Shown here one piece after another: positions 12,379 through 24,946 of a DNA stretch of 64,000 bases (positions are counted from its first letter, which is position 1; each line of letters starts with the position of its first letter). Source of the stretch: Rhynchobatus australiae (Eukaryota); NCBI GenBank assembly GCA_034780895.1, contig JAUZTB010000076.1, positions 49,743,860 to 49,807,859 on the forward strand, given 5' to 3'. The notes below the pieces were generated by a model that saw only the letters and a program-made list of their open reading frames with translations, had not been told where the DNA came from and searched no databases. The position numbers and the translations under genes are program-made.

Positions 12379-13051
12379 AATGAGAATAAATGCCTGACCC
12401 ACCCCTAAACTGAACTCATGCTGTCAGATCCTGTCAGATTCAGTCAAGGAGCCTGGCTACACAGCCAGAACTGTGGAGAGTAAACTGAATTCACACATCA
12501 CAATCAAATTGACTGCTAACTCTCCCTTCAATCTGAGCAGTCTTAATGCTTTGAGATGGACCCAACTCAAACTGTTGAAATTTGTCCAGGGATGTTTGGG
12601 AGAGAATGCAAATGGCGATTTGCTTGAGATGGGGAAATGAGCAAAAGTAAGTGGATGGTTACCACTGTCTCTTTTCCATCCTTGCCACACTTTGAACTTG
12701 CTCTGACATTAATTTTATTTTACAATATCTGCATACTGCATTTAGCTTTAACATCTTTATATGCAAANNNNNNNNNNNNNNNNNNNNNNNNNNNNNNNNN
12801 NNNNNNNNNNNNNNNNNNNNNNNNNNNNNNNNNNNNNNNNNNNNNNNNNNNNNNNNNNNNNNNNNNNNNNNNNNNNNNNNNNNNNNNNNNNNNNNNNNNN
12901 NNNNNNNNNNNNNNNNNNNNNNNNNNNNNNNNNNNNNNNNNNNNNNNNNNNNNNNNNNNNNNNNNNNNNNNNNNNNNNNNNNNNNNNNNNNNNNNNNNNN
13001 NNNNNNNNNNNNNNNNCTCTGTGTCAGCAAACATCAAGGATGCTCTTGTGC

Positions 13052-13210
13052 AAAAAATAAAATGCTGGAAGAACTCAGCAGGTCAAGCAGCATCTGTGGC
13101 AGCAAAGGGCCATCACTTTGCCTCCACAGATGCTGCTCGACCAGATGAGTTCTTCCAGCATTTTATTTTTTTTACTCCAGTTTCCAACATTTGCAATTAC
13201 TTGTGACCGG
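13052..13210. mobile_element. 159-bp hairpin insertion of the same family with a 15-bp target-site duplication
   Basis: Arms 13052-13107 and 13116-13171 are reverse complements (about 51/56), with an 8-nt loop; flanked by aggatgctcttgtgc at 13037-13051 and 13211-13225. Confidence 0.9.
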
Positions 13211-15475
13211 AGGATGCTCTTGTGCTAGTTTATTACACTGTCATTTCGTACAAAGACTGAACTTTTTTTAAAATGTCTCTTTTTATCTTCTTTATGTTGG
13301 GTGCAGCTCTCTTGTTCATGGAATCCCTCAAAATATGATTTTGTTTTAATCTTGAGAGTTTGAACATCCCATTTCCTTACTGAGTTCAGATGGATACCTC
13401 GTTACTCAATCGATAAGGAAAATCAAGGGTTTCACTTCATCTATCTGAGCAAATAATTTTTGGAAATATTTTATCATTGATGCTGCTTTTGTGTAACCAC
13501 TTAGTTACTGAATTACTGAATATTCATTTGTACAGTTGTCCTGTTGAAGGTTTGAATCTTGCTCAGGAGACCATTATTGTTTACCGAGGATTAGGAATAA
13601 AAAATAGAACCTGATGTTCCATTTGTGTCTTAGTAAGTGTGAAGAGTGTTTTATTTATGGGTGAGGCCTGGAGCATCATTTGAGGCATCTCCAGTCCAAG
13701 CCCGTGACTTGCTTTATCAAGGTGGGGGGAAGGGTTAACTGGAAGAAGGTGGAAAAACAGCTAAATAAATAAATGAAGGCATTCCTTGGATGAGATTACA
13801 CTTTATGAGGATTTGTGTACAGATGGCTTGGCCTCTAGTTCAACAGCATAAAAGACCTATTCAGTTTGCTCATGATTAGGATTATGGTTTTTTTAATGTT
13901 TTTGTTGGGTTACTGCAGTAGTCAAAGAATTCTAAGTTAGCCAGCATATGGCAGCAGCAACCCTCAGTACCGCTGGCTCTTTTGTTTGTCTCGTTATTGT
14001 TGCAGCGCTTAATGACAGTTGTAGGCCATAGTTTGGGGCAAAGGGGTTAGTCCACCCTAGGGAGGTGAAGGAGCAGCAGAATTGTGGATTATGGAAATAT
14101 GAATTGATTGAATAAGAATGCTGCTGCAGTAGAATGGGATTCAAAGGAAACAGACTGGGAGCTGGCAGCAACACTGGAATATGATGTGAAAATGACTGGT
14201 ATAATACTGTGAAGTCTTGGTCATTCACAGCTGCTGTCATTGGGAGCAAAAGCATATATTTAGCTCATCAGTAAAAAAAAAGGCTTAAAGGGACGAATAG
14301 AGTAGACAGATGGAAGTGAATTTATTCCCTTTAGTCTTTTTTTGCAGCTACTATAGTATGTACATGTTTGATTTTTTTGCTGCACTGATTCAGATGTCTC
14401 TTGCACTTCTGATACCTTAATTATTAAATGTAATCAATGTGTATGAGTAAATAATTGTGTTTACCTCAACATATTCTCCATTTGGACATTTGTGTCTGCG
14501 TGTTTTACTAAATCTTAATCAACAATTTTGTTTTATTATCTTTTAAGTCCTTGCTGGAACTTGATTCAATCAGTAATATAGTTTGCACAAATAGAAATGA
14601 TTTGGTTGATTTTTTTTTCAACTTTGTCACTTGATGCAGACATTTTAACAGAAGTTTAGTATCTTCCCTAGTTTCAGTGATCAAAACGTATTCAGCGGCT
14701 ACTGTTGGCCACCGGTTACATTTTTAATATGGGTTAGGAACATAAAATTCTGAGTTGTAGATAGGAGAGCAAAAATGAATAGTAAAAATTATAAATGAAC
14801 TAATAAGCTCATCTTAGGAGACCTGCCTTTAGGAATGATTTCAGTGTCATTGGGCATCATGCCAGTTCTGCCTTATTCTAATAAAAGATAAAGGATTACA
14901 ATTTGCTGCAAGTATTTTTCACCAAAGAATTTTTTTCAAAATAAAACCATTTATTTTTTTGTAAGGAGGTGATATGATTATTTTTTTGAAGTCATCTTCT
15001 TTTCCTCTCTTGCCTTCATCCCTTGGAGGTGGTCAGGTCAAAGTTCAGTGGACACCAGTTCCCTTTTGGCATCTTGCTGGAGTACAGATTCGGAGCACTG
15101 CCACCAAAGATCAAATCAAGTAGCCTGTTGGGCATTTCCTGCACACTTCTAATTGCTTTTTTCATGGCAATATAAATACTGCCTATCTATCCCAATGCTA
15201 TGTATGGTCCAGACAAAGGTAACAAAACAACCAAAAATAGACTCTTTGGGGGAATTCCCCCTTGACCCCTTTTGATGATCAAAGCTTGTAAACTTGGAAG
15301 AACCACTTCCCAACATAGTTTTGCTCTTGCACAGTTTAAGACCATGAACCTTTCTATCCAAAACTGCTATCAGGCGTAGGGCTTTCTTCATGAACTTTTT
15401 TAAAGCCTGTCTACATGAGGAGATGAAACGCAACCTAGTGTTGTGTTTATCTGCTCTACTTTGCACTGAATTCAT

Positions 15476-15795
15476 TGAGTCATAGAGTTACACAGCAAGA
15501 AACAGACCATTTGGCCATTGAGACTGCACTGGCACTGTTCCTATACTATTCCCTTTTTCCAGTATGTTATGTTATGCTGTTTCAAGTGCTCATCTAAATA
15601 CAACTAAAATGTGAGGGACTCTGCTTCTATCACCATGTCAAGGCAGAGCATTCCAGATTTCATTCATCCTCTGGCTGGGGAAAAAAAAATCTTCCTCAAA
15701 TCCCATCTAAATCTCCTACCTCTGGTTCTAGGCACCTATGCTGAGGGGTAAAGTTTCTCAGTATCTGCCCTATCTATCCCCCTCAGAAATTTGTT
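15476..15795 (-). mobile_element. CR1 LINE 3' end, antisense
   Basis: gagtcatagagttacacagc...ggcagagcattccagattt...aaaatcttcctcaaatcccatctaaatctcc...ccctatctatcccc is the reverse complement of the CR1 tail. Confidence 0.8.
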
Positions 15796-16308
15796 CATTA
15801 CTATGCACCAAGCACCCTGAATCACTCTAGCAATTGCACTACTGATTTGGTCAGGGATATTTGTAGATCCATGCTTCCAAATGTCTGCATCTTTATTTTC
15901 CCAGTGGCTTTGGCACACCTTTGAGAAGATGTACATCTGTGAAGTGCTATCATTACCCACATGCACGATACTGAATATTTGAGGTCAGCAATTACATTTA
16001 CAGAACTAACCCCCAGGTAACCTAAATCTTCATTTACAGATCTGACTCTTGCCTGAAGCTTGATATCATCTCCATATTTGTAGATTTTTCCCTCAAGACC
16101 TACATTTGGGTAATTAATAAAAATAATGAAAAGAAACAGCAGCCTTGGGGCATCAGAGGTGACTGGTCTCCAAGCAGCCCAAATCCATTTATACCCTTTT
16201 GCTGCCTGCTAGCTTCAGGCCAATTCTCAATATTGCAGTTAGGTTGCTACCAGTACCAGAGGCTTTAATCTCATCAAGAAACTTCAAGTTGGAACCATTC
16301 CCCTTCCT

Positions 16309-16310
<2 letters not shown>

Positions 16311-16347
<37 letters not shown>
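16311..16347. repeat. (CA)18 microsatellite
   Basis: Perfect CA run, read directly. Confidence 0.98.
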
Positions 16348-16349
<2 letters not shown>

Positions 16350-17427
16350 AGGGAGGCAAGTGTCAGTTTTTATATCCCATTGAGGTGGTTGAGCCAGCAC
16401 AGTGTAATCGTACCTGTGACTTCTTACCTTTTTATGGCTAAATTGGACTCTTATTATATTTTCCTCAGGTGGACATGTTGAAGGCTTATGAAGTCTTGTC
16501 CTTCCTTGGACCATTTATTGTCTAATTTATGTTCTACCACAATGACATAATTGTTTCAGATGAAGTTCCCCATTGGTAATCAAGTAAATTCTGTACAATG
16601 TACTGCATCTGTCCCAACTCAAACCAGGTGGTCCAACTTTGCTCTTTGACGGAAGCAACCATCATACACCATGGAACATTTCATCATTATAGCATTCACT
16701 TTGATGAAGTTTTTTTCTTATCACAGAACAGAGGGAGAGCAGTTTTCTGGAGAATTTGTACGCAGGATTGCCCAATTGGGTGTGATTTGAGTGCTTTGGG
16801 CATTTTCTCAGATATGTGAAATTTTAGCTTAAAGCATTAATTCAAGATTTTTCTGTTGTTTAAAGAAAAATATCAGCATGAGATGAATGGAGCTCTTGCC
16901 AGGCAAACCACCTGCGGCATCTAACCAGCGTTGTTGCATGCTTGTAAATTGCTTTGAAGCTGTTGGATTCTCAAAGGACTTTACTTCACAGTGTGCACTT
17001 TTAGACACTGAGAGAGATGAAAATTGCTGTAATCATATCTAACGTTGGTACACATGCTAATAAAACTGTTACTTTTCGTGGAGTCAGCTTGAAATTAATG
17101 GTATCCCTCCAAGGAATTCACAATATTAAGAAATGTTTAGATGCACTTTGCGAAGGCTGTAGCTTCTGCATTTGGAGTAATATTTGAATTGTACTGTGTG
17201 CACCGCTAAAGTGGCTGGAAGCAAATGCTCTAACTGGGTTGCTTTGAATTTTCAAGACACTTTCAGTATCAAAAGAAAACTCGAGTGGGACATTGTTTCA
17301 AACATGAATATCCACAAGCATTCAGGAAAAAGATTTGCTGAGGGAGTCCCTTTATCCTTTATCCTCAGCAAAGATGCAGCCCACCCTGTGAATGCAATCC
17401 ATCTCTCCTCTGAGATCCCCCTGTCAC

Positions 17428-17980
17428 AGATAAATACAGTGGCTATGAGAGCAGGCCAGATGCTGGGTATCAATATCTGACACCCCAAAAGCCTACCTAC
17501 CATGTAGCACAAGTCAGTAGTATGATGGAATACTCTCCATTTGCCTGTTTGAGTGTTGCTCCAACAATATTCAAAAAGCTCAACAATATACAGAGAATTA
17601 ATGTTTAGGGTCGATGATGAAGTGCACTTCATCATACACCCTAAACGTTAGTTCCCTCCACCGCCGGTGCAACATATCCCATCAACAAAAGGTAGTTGAC
17701 AGCACCTTCCAAACACATGAGGACAAGAGCACTAGGCTTTGAGGAACACCATCATCTGCAGGTTCTCCAAGTTGCTCATCTCCTGACTTGGAAATCAGTC
17801 ACTGTTGCTTCATCGTAACTGGAATTAAATCAGGAACTCCCTCCCCGACACCATGGCAGAAGGACTGCAGCATTGCAAGAAGTACTCACCAGCACCTTCC
17901 CTAGGGCAGAGTCGAATGGACCATAAATGCTGACAGTGTCAGTGATGTCCAAAGCCAGAAAAGTTAATAAATAAATAATA
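17428..17980 (+). mobile_element. Decayed LINE 3' portion (CR1/Jockey group, distinct from the main CR1 family)
   Basis: Encodes INTVAMRAGQMLGI...QVSSMMEYSPFACLSVAPTIFKKLNNIQ, then a downstream NSLP motif, and ends in (taaa)n. Confidence 0.8.
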
Positions 17981-20264
17981 TTCCCTTCAGACTCATTCCT
18001 TGCTTGGATACTTCACTATGAGGATCAAATTTTATGTGTTTACTTGTTAGATTCTTGCTGCAAAGTGTGTGGTTTTGGGTCGTTCTTCTGTATAGCCGAG
18101 GTGGCTTGGTTAAGGGGATATCCAATATAAATCCCAGATAGATTCCATTGCAACTGACGATTGGAGTGACTGAGCTGAGCAACCTTGGGGATTCACTCGA
18201 CAGGCTGAGAAATGTGAATTTCTGCCCTTTTGCATGGATCGCCTGGTTTGGGGGGATTTTGAACATCCCTCAGGCACATATGTAGTTGCAGTCCCTTTGT
18301 TGGCAATTATGCTGCTCTGGAAAGCTCCCAATTATACCCACTGGGGACTGGCCAGATGGACATTGCTGATCTTGCAGACCTATGGAATTGATCTAGTGAC
18401 ACAGCCTATCAGGTAAAATGACCTGACTGAAGAGCTTCTGTGTCAGGAAGAAAATATTCTTTCGAAAATCTCTTTAGCGCTAGTTACCTTTTAACAAAAA
18501 AGCAAGATTTATGAACAGCACTTAAGTTCTACTCTGTCTTTAAAGGGAAGACAAAGAAGTGACAAGTGGGGAACTGGTAATTTTGGCATGTTTTCCAGTG
18601 AGCTGAGCTGGCTATCATTGATAAAATACATTAGTGATTTGCCTGATTTGGTGTAGCCTGAGTTTAGAAATGACAGTATACCACCATTAATAAACCAGCA
18701 AGTATAACAAAGTTATTTTTTCCTCCTTTATAATTATAAAATGCTGAAGTGGTTTCATGTGCAGTAGCTATACCTTCCACGATTATAAAGGTGTAGTGCT
18801 GAGGATTGATTTTTTTAATTAAATTATTTGGAAGTGTTTTAAAGATAGGGAGGTGGTAAGATGAAAGTTTACACAGTGTATGTTCTGCAGTTATGTTTAA
18901 TATGAAGCCTTCAACCTGAAGGGCATCTTCATCTTTTGAAAAACTCTTGGTTAAGTGGAAGAGTTTACCAGATTGGATTGAAAGTTATGTTTTAGGATTA
19001 TCCACGCAGTATAATAATAATATAACATTAAATGTTCTCTATGTTTCAACAAAGGACATTCTTGAATTTTTAGGGAAGTTACCTTCTTGATGCGCTCTTG
19101 ATGTTCTTCAGAGATGTGTGAATAGAATGAAGGGTACAGACATTTTCCGAGAGTCATTTAAATTTTGGGAGCCCCTTGTCTGTAGGTCATCTAAGTGTAA
19201 GAAAGATGGTTCCTGGGAAGGTAAAACACTGTGGCAAAACTCTTCAGGAGGAGCCACAACTTCTGTAATTCTATAAGCAGCCCCTGTTAAAGATCGCAGG
19301 ACAATCAGAAGGAAATAAACATCTCCTCAACAACATTTACCACATGAATACAAATGAATTGTTTGAAACATAAGCAGGTTTATACTTCTGAATGTTTGAA
19401 ATCCCTCTGCCGGTTTATAATCCTGTGGGATTTTTGAGCACTCTTTCATGAGTCGTATCTTCCTTTGATCTGGTGGGTTCAATGCAATTGTGGGTTTTTA
19501 TATGAGGGAAAGGAATATTTGTGTGCTGTGTGTGATTGAAATAATCAATATATTTATAATTTTGTGTGCTATTTATTGCAACCAAAAGTAACTTGCCCTA
19601 CTACCTTAATCTTAGTATTGCTTGCGAAAATAACTTCATTTCTGCCATGCATCAATTTACAGGGCATTCCGGAATATGCATAAATGAGGAAGATTAGAGA
19701 GCAGTGAAGGTTATTCATGCTTTGCGACTCTTTCATTTGCTGAAAATTGATGGTCAGTTTATGTTTGGTACATTGTGTTAAGTTTTCTTAAGTTTTATAC
19801 AGAATTATTCTTCTGTGGAGTTTAAAGTTCTGTAGATGGTTAGGAATGGAAAAAATTTCTTTATTTGCAATAATTGTCAGTGAATTGTCTCATAGGTCTA
19901 ACTTCTGTGAGCAATTGGGGTTTCTCCCCTCCTCCTGGTATTGATTTTGTAAGACAGTCACATGCTTCATGGCTCTTGAGGGGATATGGGTGAGTGATTT
20001 CAGAGCAGTGTTATGTGGTGAATATACTCTCACTTGTATTGTTAGATTGTGAGTTCTGGGACTTGAAACGCATATATGCCCAAAACTGGATGCTGTATGC
20101 TCTGGAAGGAAAGTTTGGAGACAGTGTCTCCATCTTTTTCAGAGTGGTTGACAGTGTGGTGTTGAGAGTTATCTGGAACAGTGTTGAAGAGAAGAAGCTC
20201 TGGATAGATGATGCACATTGCAGCCATGGTACCCTGGGGGAAATGTTTAGGCTAGCTGGTGTGC

Positions 20265-20673
20265 TGCCAGAGATAAAAACAGATGGAAATACTCAGCAGG
20301 TTGCACAGCCTCTTTAGAGAGAGAAATAGAATTAATCGGTCAATAACTCTTCATCAAAACTGAAGAAATGAGAAAACAAGTGTGTTTTAAGTTGCAAAGA
20401 GGGGCTGGATTGTGCAGAACAGAAGAAATGCCTGTGATAAGGTGGATAACTAAGTTGTCTAAAGCAGCACATTAAATATACCCAGCAGATCAGGCAGCAT
20501 CGGTGGAGCAAAAAAAAACTGAGTTCAAGTGAGTGATCTTACATCAGAACTGGCCAGTTCTGAGACAAATTGGGAAAATCAGGTTTTCTAAAATTGTTAA
20601 ATTCAATATTAAGTCCAAATGGCTGTGACATGCCTAGTCTGATAATGCAGTGCTATTCTGTGAACTTACATCG
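20265..20673 (-). mobile_element. Penelope-like element 3' end with two tandem terminal-repeat copies
   Basis: The minus strand of 20585-20640 reads RLGMSQPFGLNIEFNNFR (Penelope ORF C-terminus), followed by repeat copies at ~20470-20555 and ~20265-20450. Confidence 0.75.
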
Positions 20674-20884
20674 NNNNNNNNNNNNNNNNNNNNNNNNNNN
20701 NNNNNNNNNNNNNNNNNNNNNNNNNNNNNNNNNNNNNNNNNNNNNNNNNNNNNNNNNNNNNNNNNNNNNNNNNGGAATTTACTGACGGAATGGATGATTC
20801 AAGCAGAGTCAATGGTAATTTTCAAAAGTGTGTTTGTTGTATACCTGAAGAAAAGTTGTGGTGCTCGGGCAAGGATCAATTGAA

Positions 20885-21000
20885 CGGTTCCACTTTTGAT
20901 CTTGTGAAGAAATTGATAAATGAAGCAGCTGGATGTAGGTGGCTTGAAGATGGTGGCCTGAGGAACTCTTGCAACAATGTCCTGGGGCTAAAATGATGCG
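20885..21000 (-). mobile_element. LINE reverse-transcriptase fragment
   Basis: The minus strand reads PQDIVARVPQATIFKPPTSSCFI, a decayed GVPQGSVLGPTIFSCFINDL motif. Confidence 0.6.
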
Positions 21001-21489
21001 CTGCCAGAAGGCAAAACTAATCAATACCTCATCGTCATGGCTCAACATGACTAATTCATATTTTAATGTACAGGTAGGACCCTGGACCAGTGTTAATGTT
21101 GACATTTCCAGGTTTGGTTAGTTTGTGTTGAGCTTGCTGGGCATGTGGAGTGATGCTAAACTACATTGACGAACGTAGCAAATTGTATAAGGTATATAAG
21201 GCCTGGCTGGTCCACCTGGAGTAGAAGGCATGTTCTGCTGTTACACAGAGGGCTCTACACCAAGAGTTTCTTGTATCCCAGGCAATGCATGAATCATCTT
21301 TTTGTTTACAATTTGGAAAGGAGTAATTAGCTATTTCAGTTTTTCATACACTAGGATTCCAATGATTTGAGTTTATTAGCTGAAAGAAGTTTCATCAAAA
21401 TTGAGGAATATAAAGCAAAAAAAGGTATTTGACATGAGTAGATTCTGAATGGATTATTTTTCAAGCAAAGGTAAGCTCCAGACTGCATT

Positions 21490-22920
21490 GAAAAACAAAG
21501 TGATGGAAATACTTATCAGGTCAGGCAGCACCTATGGAGAGAGAGGGAGAGTCAAAGTCTTGGGTTGATAACTTCTCAACTAAACTGGGAAAGTTGGAGA
21601 GAAAGGGGCTTGAGGAAAAATTGGGAGGAGAGAAGGTAACAGAAAGGTCTGTGTTGGGGTGGAATTTGAATGAGAACCAGGATAATTGTGCAAAGTGGAA
21701 GAAGATGACAGTAACAGAACAGTAAGTCAGTCTGGAGGAGATGTAAATGGGGGAAAGAGAATAATTATCTAAAATTAGCAGAGCAAAAATGATGGTAATT
21801 TGGAAATGAAAATGCTGGGGAAGCTCATTATCCAAAACTGTTGAATTTAATATTAAGTCCAGAAGGCTTTTATAAACGACCTGGATGAGCTTTTATAAAT
21901 GACCTGGATGAGGAAGTGGAGGGGTGGGTTAGTAAGTTTGTGGATGACACAAAGGTTGGGGGTGTTGTGGATAGTTTGGAGGGCTGTCAGAGGTTACAGA
22001 GGGANNNNNNNNNNNNNNNNNNNNNNNNNNNNNNNNNNNNNNNNNNNNNNNNNNNNNNNNNNNNNNNNNNNNNNNNNNNNNNNNNNNNNNNNNNNNNNNN
22101 NNNNTGAGAGGTATTGATTGGGTAGATAGTCAGAGGCTTTTCCCCAGGGCTGAAATGGTGGCCATGAGAGGACATAGGTTTGAGGTCCTGGGGAGCAGAT
22201 ATAGAGGAGATGTCAGGGTAAGTTTTTTTTATGCAGAGAGTAGTGAGTGCGTGGAATGGGCTGCCTGAAACGGTGGTGGAGGCGGATGCAATAGCGTCTT
22301 TCAAGAGACTGTTAGATAGGTACATGGAGCTGAATAAAATAGAGGGCTATGGGTAGGTCCGGTAATTTCTAGATTAGCGACATGTTCGGCACAGCTTTGT
22401 GGGCCATAGGGCCTTGAATTGTGCTGTAGTTTTTCTATGTTCTAAGGCTGTTATCTGTTTGGTAGTGAGATGATATGTTCTTCATCATGCTTATGTTCAG
22501 CTTCATTAGAACGAGGTGGGAGGCTGGAGACTGGAAGGTCAGAGCGAGAGTGGATGAAGAATTAAAGTGACAAGCAGCAGTAGTGTTGAACACATTTGCG
22601 GACTGAATTGAGGTATTTTGCAAGGCGGATACCCAATTTGCATTTTGTTCCCTGTTCTATCGGATACTACATTGTGAGCAGCAAATGCAGAATACCAAAT
22701 TGAAAGAATTGCAAGTAAACCACTGCTTCAGCTGGGAAGTGGGTTGGAACATCAAGGAGTGCGAAAGCAGAAGGGCAGGTATTACATCAGTTGTGTGGGA
22801 AGGTGCTGGGGCAAAGGGTATGGTTTTGCTGGAGAGAGGAAGATGTTCCTGGTGCTGGCATTGCTTTGGAGATGTTTGGAAATAGCGATGGATGATCTGT
22901 TGAATCTGACTGTGTGTCAG
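21490..22920 (-). mobile_element. Penelope-like retroelement remnant (GIY-YIG endonuclease region plus 3' terminal repeat), split by a CR1 insertion
   Basis: Minus-strand peptides IQQIIHRYF, QLKQWFTCNSFNLVFCICCSQC, ACHFNSS and QPSGLNIKFN match, in order, the recalled fish/shark Penelope ORF (FTCTSSNLVYCIRCSRC..YIG..VACHFNSPSH..QPSGLNIEF); terminal repeat at 21490-21600. Confidence 0.85.
21869..22443 (+). mobile_element. Younger CR1 LINE 3' portion nested in the Penelope remnant
   Basis: Encodes INDLDEEVEGWVSKFVDDTKVGGVVDS (RT core; FADD here FVDD); tail ttttctatgttcta; aaggct duplicated at 21863-21868 and 22444-22449. Confidence 0.92.
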
Positions 22921-23958
22921 TGTTGTGCATTTCATTTCTTGTATGCTGCTCTGAATTCTGTGTTTCAGGTTTCTCCTACAGTTAATATTGATGGTGTGCA
23001 CAGTCAAGTGGTACAAAAGCAACAGTGTTGATACCACCTGCCTACCCTGACAGCTTGGTTTCTGACATTAATGCAGCTGAAACATCAATTATTGCTGCTC
23101 TGTATTTCAGTCCTTTCACAACCAGGCTACTGGCTTAAGAAATTATGTCAAATCAATTTTGCTAATTTCTATAAAATTACATTACATTGAGATGTACATC
23201 AACCACAACAGGACTAGAGCTTTTGATGATTTAACAATGATTTACAGATAATTTTTTGTTTCCTCTATGGCTCGTTCTGTTTACTCTCCTGGTAAGATCT
23301 TTCACAAGTTTCAAGTGGAGAAAATTGTCATTATCTTTGTTCCCCTCTGTTCATCACAGAGGGCTATATTGTTTTGTTTTTTCTCTTGTATAAACAGAAT
23401 CCCATTTACAAACAAAAAATCAGAATGAATTTTCAGAGCCACAATTAACAGGAGGGCAGTCAGCAAAGGAGCATTTGGATAAATTGGTTATAACAGCACA
23501 GTGCTGTATATGGAGACACAAGAGACTGTTGTTGGCTGCTGCAGTGCTGTATATAATGGCATGACTATCAACACTGAATATAATAAATTTGGTTATTTAT
23601 GCAGTGAGTATGAATGCAGACTCTTGTGTTGTGACCTGATATTTGGCCAAGAATTGTCAAAAAGAGATCATGCTGCTGTAAATTACTCCTGCATTAGGTT
23701 TGAATATCATTCTTATTTCCTCCTCTCGAATTATAAACGTGTGTGCTGAGTTGATTTGGAGCATCAGTTAACGTACTTTTCAACGAGCCTTCCAGTGAAA
23801 CATGTTTNNNNNNNNNNNNNNNNNNNNNNNNNNNNNNNNNNNNNNNNNNNNNNNNNNNNNNNNNNNNNNNNNNNNNNNNNNNNNNNNNNNNNNNNNNNNN
23901 NNNNNNNNNNNNNNNNNNNNNNNNNNNNNNNNNNNNNNNNNNNNNNNNNNNNNNNNNN

Positions 23959-24946
23959 TCAGCTTCCCTAAAAGTGGCAACAAAAGTAGATCGCATAGTA
24001 AAGAAGGCTATCGGCACACTTACCTTCATTGGTTGGGGTGTTGAGTATAAAAGTTGGGGAGGTATGTTGAGTTGTATAAAATTATGGTCAGAGAGTCATA
24101 CAGCATGGAAACAGGCCCTTCAGCCCAACTGGTCCATGCCAACCAAGATGCCCATCCAAGTGAGTCCCATTTGCTTTTGTTTGGCCCTAATCCTTATCTT
24201 TTCCTATCCAACTGTCTTTTAAAAGTTGTTATGGTATCTGCCTCAAGCACTTCCTCTGGCAGCTCATGCCAAATATGTACCACCCTCTGTGTTGGGGGAA
24301 AAAAAAATTGCCCCTCAATTTCCTATTAAGTCTTTTGGTTAGGCCACATTTGGAATATTGTGTCCAGTTCTGGTTGCCACATCACAACAATAATGTGGAC
24401 ACTTCAGAGAGAGTGCAGACGAGGTTCACTAGGATGTTGCCTGGATTGGACAGTATTAGCTGTAAGAAGAGGGTGNNNNNNNNNNNNNNNNNNNNNNNNN
24501 NNNNNNNNNNNNNNNNNNNNNNNNNNNNNNNNNNNNNNNNNNNNNNNNNNNNNNNNNNNNNNNNNNNNNNNNNNNGTCAGAGGCTGAGGGGCAACTGATA
24601 GAAGATTATAAAATCATGAGGGGCATAGATAGGGTAGATAGTCAGTGTCATTTTCCCAGGATGAAATGTCAAACGTATTAAAGGGTATCTTTTTAAGGTG
24701 AGATGGAGAAAGTTTAAAAGGGATGTACAAAGCAAGTTTTTTTTTACACAGAGAGTGGTAGGAACTGGAATGCACTGCCAGGGGTAGTGACGGAAGCAGA
24801 TATGACAACAATGTTTAAGAAGCATTTAGGCAGCGAATGGAGGCATTTAGACAATATGTTGGCAGGTGGGATTGGTTAGATTGGCATCATGGTCAGCACA
24901 GACATTGTGGGCCGAAGGGCCTTTAGCTGTTCTGTACTGTTCTATG
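23959..24946 (+). mobile_element. CR1 LINE 3' portion
   Basis: Encodes KVDRIVKKA...[16 protein letters not shown]...ERVQTRFTRMLPGL; tail ctgtactgttctatgt. Confidence 0.92.
24092..24332 (-). mobile_element. Antisense CR1 3' end nested inside the preceding CR1
   Basis: gagtcatacagcatggaaacaggcc is the reverse complement of the tail at 2017-2041; the host resumes at tttggttaggccacat, with a diverged tggt(c/t)ag duplication. Confidence 0.88.

Noticed and set aside
16440-16530. Cryptic exon after ttattatattttcctcag
   Set aside because: In-frame stop after 18 codons, no clear donor and no homology.
17614-17700. Box C/D snoRNA starting at atgatga
   Set aside because: No suitably placed D box or terminal stem; the motif is part of the palindrome in a LINE.
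18140-18270. DIRS/Gypsy-like RT motifs (DDW, GFTRQAEKCEFLP)
   Set aside because: Motif spacing is wrong and frameshifts are needed; too weak to call without a search.
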